Shown here: positions 62,378 to 64,000 of the stretch, piece by piece
Numbering within the stretch: position 1 is the first letter of the stretch
Layout of the letters: each line of letters opens with the position of its first letter
DNA from: Candidatus Enterousia sp.
GTDB lineage: Bacteria > Pseudomonadota > Alphaproteobacteria > Rs-D84
Reading direction: 5' to 3'
Length of the DNA: 64,000 bases
NCBI GenBank assembly: GCA_045530935.1
Contig: JAZSDC010000032.1
Coordinates: 1,223-65,222, forward strand
The notes under the pieces: generated by a model
What the model saw: only the letters and a program-made list of their open reading frames with translations
Databases searched by the model: none
Told to the model about the DNA's origin: nothing
Program-made: the position numbers and the translations under genes

Positions 62378-63637
62378 ATGAAAAAAGCAAAAAATATTAT
62401 AAATGTTGTGAACCTGACCAGATTGGTTATGGTGTTGGCGGTGTTATTAAGCTTGGTTGCCATTTTCTTGGTGGTAACGAAAAGCGGTTCGTCGCGTGTA
62501 CGTGTCGCAAATGATGCAGAATGCAAATCTGTTGTTATGGTGGCGTCTGGGGATACGCTGTCTAAATTATTGTTGGAACAGGGGTTGGGGCATAATGACG
62601 TGAACGCAATCGCCCAGGTTCTGAAGTCTGATGCCGAAATTTCAACATTGCGTGCAGATCGCGACAGGTTGGAATTCTTTCGGGTGAATGATGATGCGCC
62701 TGTGTCCAAGATTGTGGTTGTACCATCGCCATGGCGCCAGGTTGAATTGACGTGTGATGATTCGGGGGTGTGGAATTGTAAAACAATGGATGTTGAACGT
62801 GATGTGCGCGCAGTGTACAAGGCAGGCGAAATTCAAGACGGAGACAGCTTTTATCTGGCGGGACAGCGTGCGGGAATTCCTGCGGGGATATTAGTTGATG
62901 TTTATGATTTGTTGGCGTTCGAAATGGACTTTGAACGTGATGTGCGCGCAGGACAGAAATTTTCTGTTTTGTATGAAGAAAACTTTTCAGATGGTCAAAA
63001 GGTTGATAATGGTCGTGTTTTGGCTGTTTCTTTCCAGGCCTTGCGCGGCAATGTGCAAATGTATCGATTTAAAAAATCAGATGGTACAACCGGATACTAT
63101 GATGAAAATGGTAATGGGGCAATTAAATCGTTAAAGCGCACCCCAATTAATAATGCAAAAATAACCAGCAAGTTTTCACGTAATCGAAAACATCCTGTGT
63201 TGGGGTATACGCGTGCACACAAAGGTGTTGATTTCCGCGCATCTACGGGGACGCCAATCCCGGCGGCGGGTGCAGGACGTGTCGTCGCGCGCAGTTTTAA
63301 TCGCGGACATGGAAATTTTGTGAAAATACGTCATAATGGTTCGTTCGAAACATTGTATGCCCATATGTCCAGATTTGCCAAAGGGGTAAATGTTGGAACC
63401 ACTGTACGCCAAGGGCAAACAATCGGATACGTCGGTTCAACAGGATATTCCACAGGACCACATTTGCACTATGAAATTATCAAAGACGGTGTTCATGTAA
63501 ATCCAATGACGGTAAAGTTGCCGGCGATAAGTAATCTGGGGCAGAATGATAAAAAGAAATTTATAGAATATCGCAAGATATTAGATGCAGGGATAAAACA
63601 ATTGGAAAAAAATCCAGGCTTGTATATCCAATTGTAG
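62378..63637 (+). CDS. M23-family peptidoglycan DD-metalloendopeptidase with N-terminal TM and OapA/LysM-like region
   Basis: HKGVDFRASTGTPI, HLHYEI motifs. TM anchor LVMVLAVLLSLVAIFLVV. Confidence 0.85.
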   Translation: MKKAKNIINVVNLTRLVMVLAVLLSLVAIFLVVTKSGSSRVRVANDAECKSVVMVASGDTLSKLLLEQGLGHNDVNAIAQVLKSDAEISTLRADRDRLEFFRVNDDAPVSKIVVVPSPWRQVELTCDDSGVWNCKTMDVERDVRAVYKAGEIQDGDSFYLAGQRAGIPAGILVDVYDLLAFEMDFERDVRAGQKFSVLYEENFSDGQKVDNGRVLAVSFQALRGNVQMYRFKKSDGTTGYYDENGNGAIKSLKRTPINNAKITSKFSRNRKHPVLGYTRAHKGVDFRASTGTPIPAAGAGRVVARSFNRGHGNFVKIRHNGSFETLYAHMSRFAKGVNVGTTVRQGQTIGYVGSTGYSTGPHLHYEIIKDGVHVNPMTVKLPAISNLGQNDKKKFIEYRKILDAGIKQLEKNPGLYIQL

Positions 63638-63731
63638 TGGCGGATCATTTTTATTATTGAAAAAATATGTTTGATGGACAATAATCGAATACAAGATTGT
63701 TGTTGAATGTTATATCGGGGGATTAACCAGG

Positions 63732-64000
63732 ATGGGGAAGATTGTATCTGTTTTTCTGACTTTGTTTTTGTTCGTTGGGAATGCGTATGCGGCTTCGTCA
63801 ATATGCAGCGAGAATAAATCACAGACAGATTGTCAGCAGGCTGCAAAAGATTTTGCAGATAGTAAATGTATGTGGTATTCTGCCCAAGGTGAAGGTAGTT
63901 GTTATTCCAGTTCGTGCAGGAATAATAAGACAGAGACAGAGTGTAAAATTGCAGCCACAGCAGGTAAAAATTATTGCGTATGGTTTAAGGATATTGAAGG
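63732..64000 (+). CDS. secreted cysteine-rich protein, 3' end outside the window (not in the ORF track)
   Basis: ATG at 63732 preceded by GGGGGA. Signal peptide MGKIVSVFLTLFLFVGNAYA. The frame is open to the window end. Repeated T(D/E)C..A......C.W....G.C unit. Confidence 0.7.
   Translation, partial: MGKIVSVFLTLFLFVGNAYAASSICSENKSQTDCQQAAKDFADSKCMWYSAQGEGSCYSSSCRNNKTETECKIAATAGKNYCVWFKDIE

Overview
A 64-kb chromosomal segment of a Gram-negative bacterium, about 40% GC. Gene content looks Alphaproteobacteria-like: CarD/CdnL, L28 with a long tail, CTTG-N18-CTATATAT heat-shock promoters, and an S24-less LexA/CI-type HTH. A pyruvate:ferredoxin oxidoreductase suggests an anaerobic lifestyle. This taxonomic and lifestyle placement is inference only.

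The housekeeping backbone is densely packed and mostly ends in clear rho-independent terminators. It includes msbA-like, rpsU, acpS, corA, recO, clpP-clpX, lptC-lptB, ctpA, fba, nifJ/PFOR, bamE, carD, ssb, pth, polA, rpmB, clpB, tdk, htpX, prmC, smr, two M23 peptidases and five tRNAs.

Interspersed are many genes with no recognisable family:
- At least eight Sec-signal, cysteine-rich secreted proteins, together about one sixth of the window.
- A two-member family of secreted helical-hairpin proteins.
- An S8 autotransporter.
- A three-gene outer-membrane module.

The most unusual non-coding structures are:
1. Homologous ~100-nt structured cores, each followed by a copy of the 3' end of the adjacent tRNA gene. 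They lie downstream of tRNA-Leu(CAA) and tRNA-Arg(ACG); the Arg copy is part of a 185-bp-period repeat.
2. A two-gene Cys-rich cassette flanked by a ~440-bp segmental duplication. It also carries a 200-bp MITE-like palindrome, REP-like GTCATTC hairpins, a structured leader and a GC-rich mosaic patch.
3. A tRNA-Leu with the rare anticodon AAG.

I found no CRISPR array, integrase, transposase, reverse transcriptase or rRNA. All functional calls come from motif recognition by eye; no database search was run.
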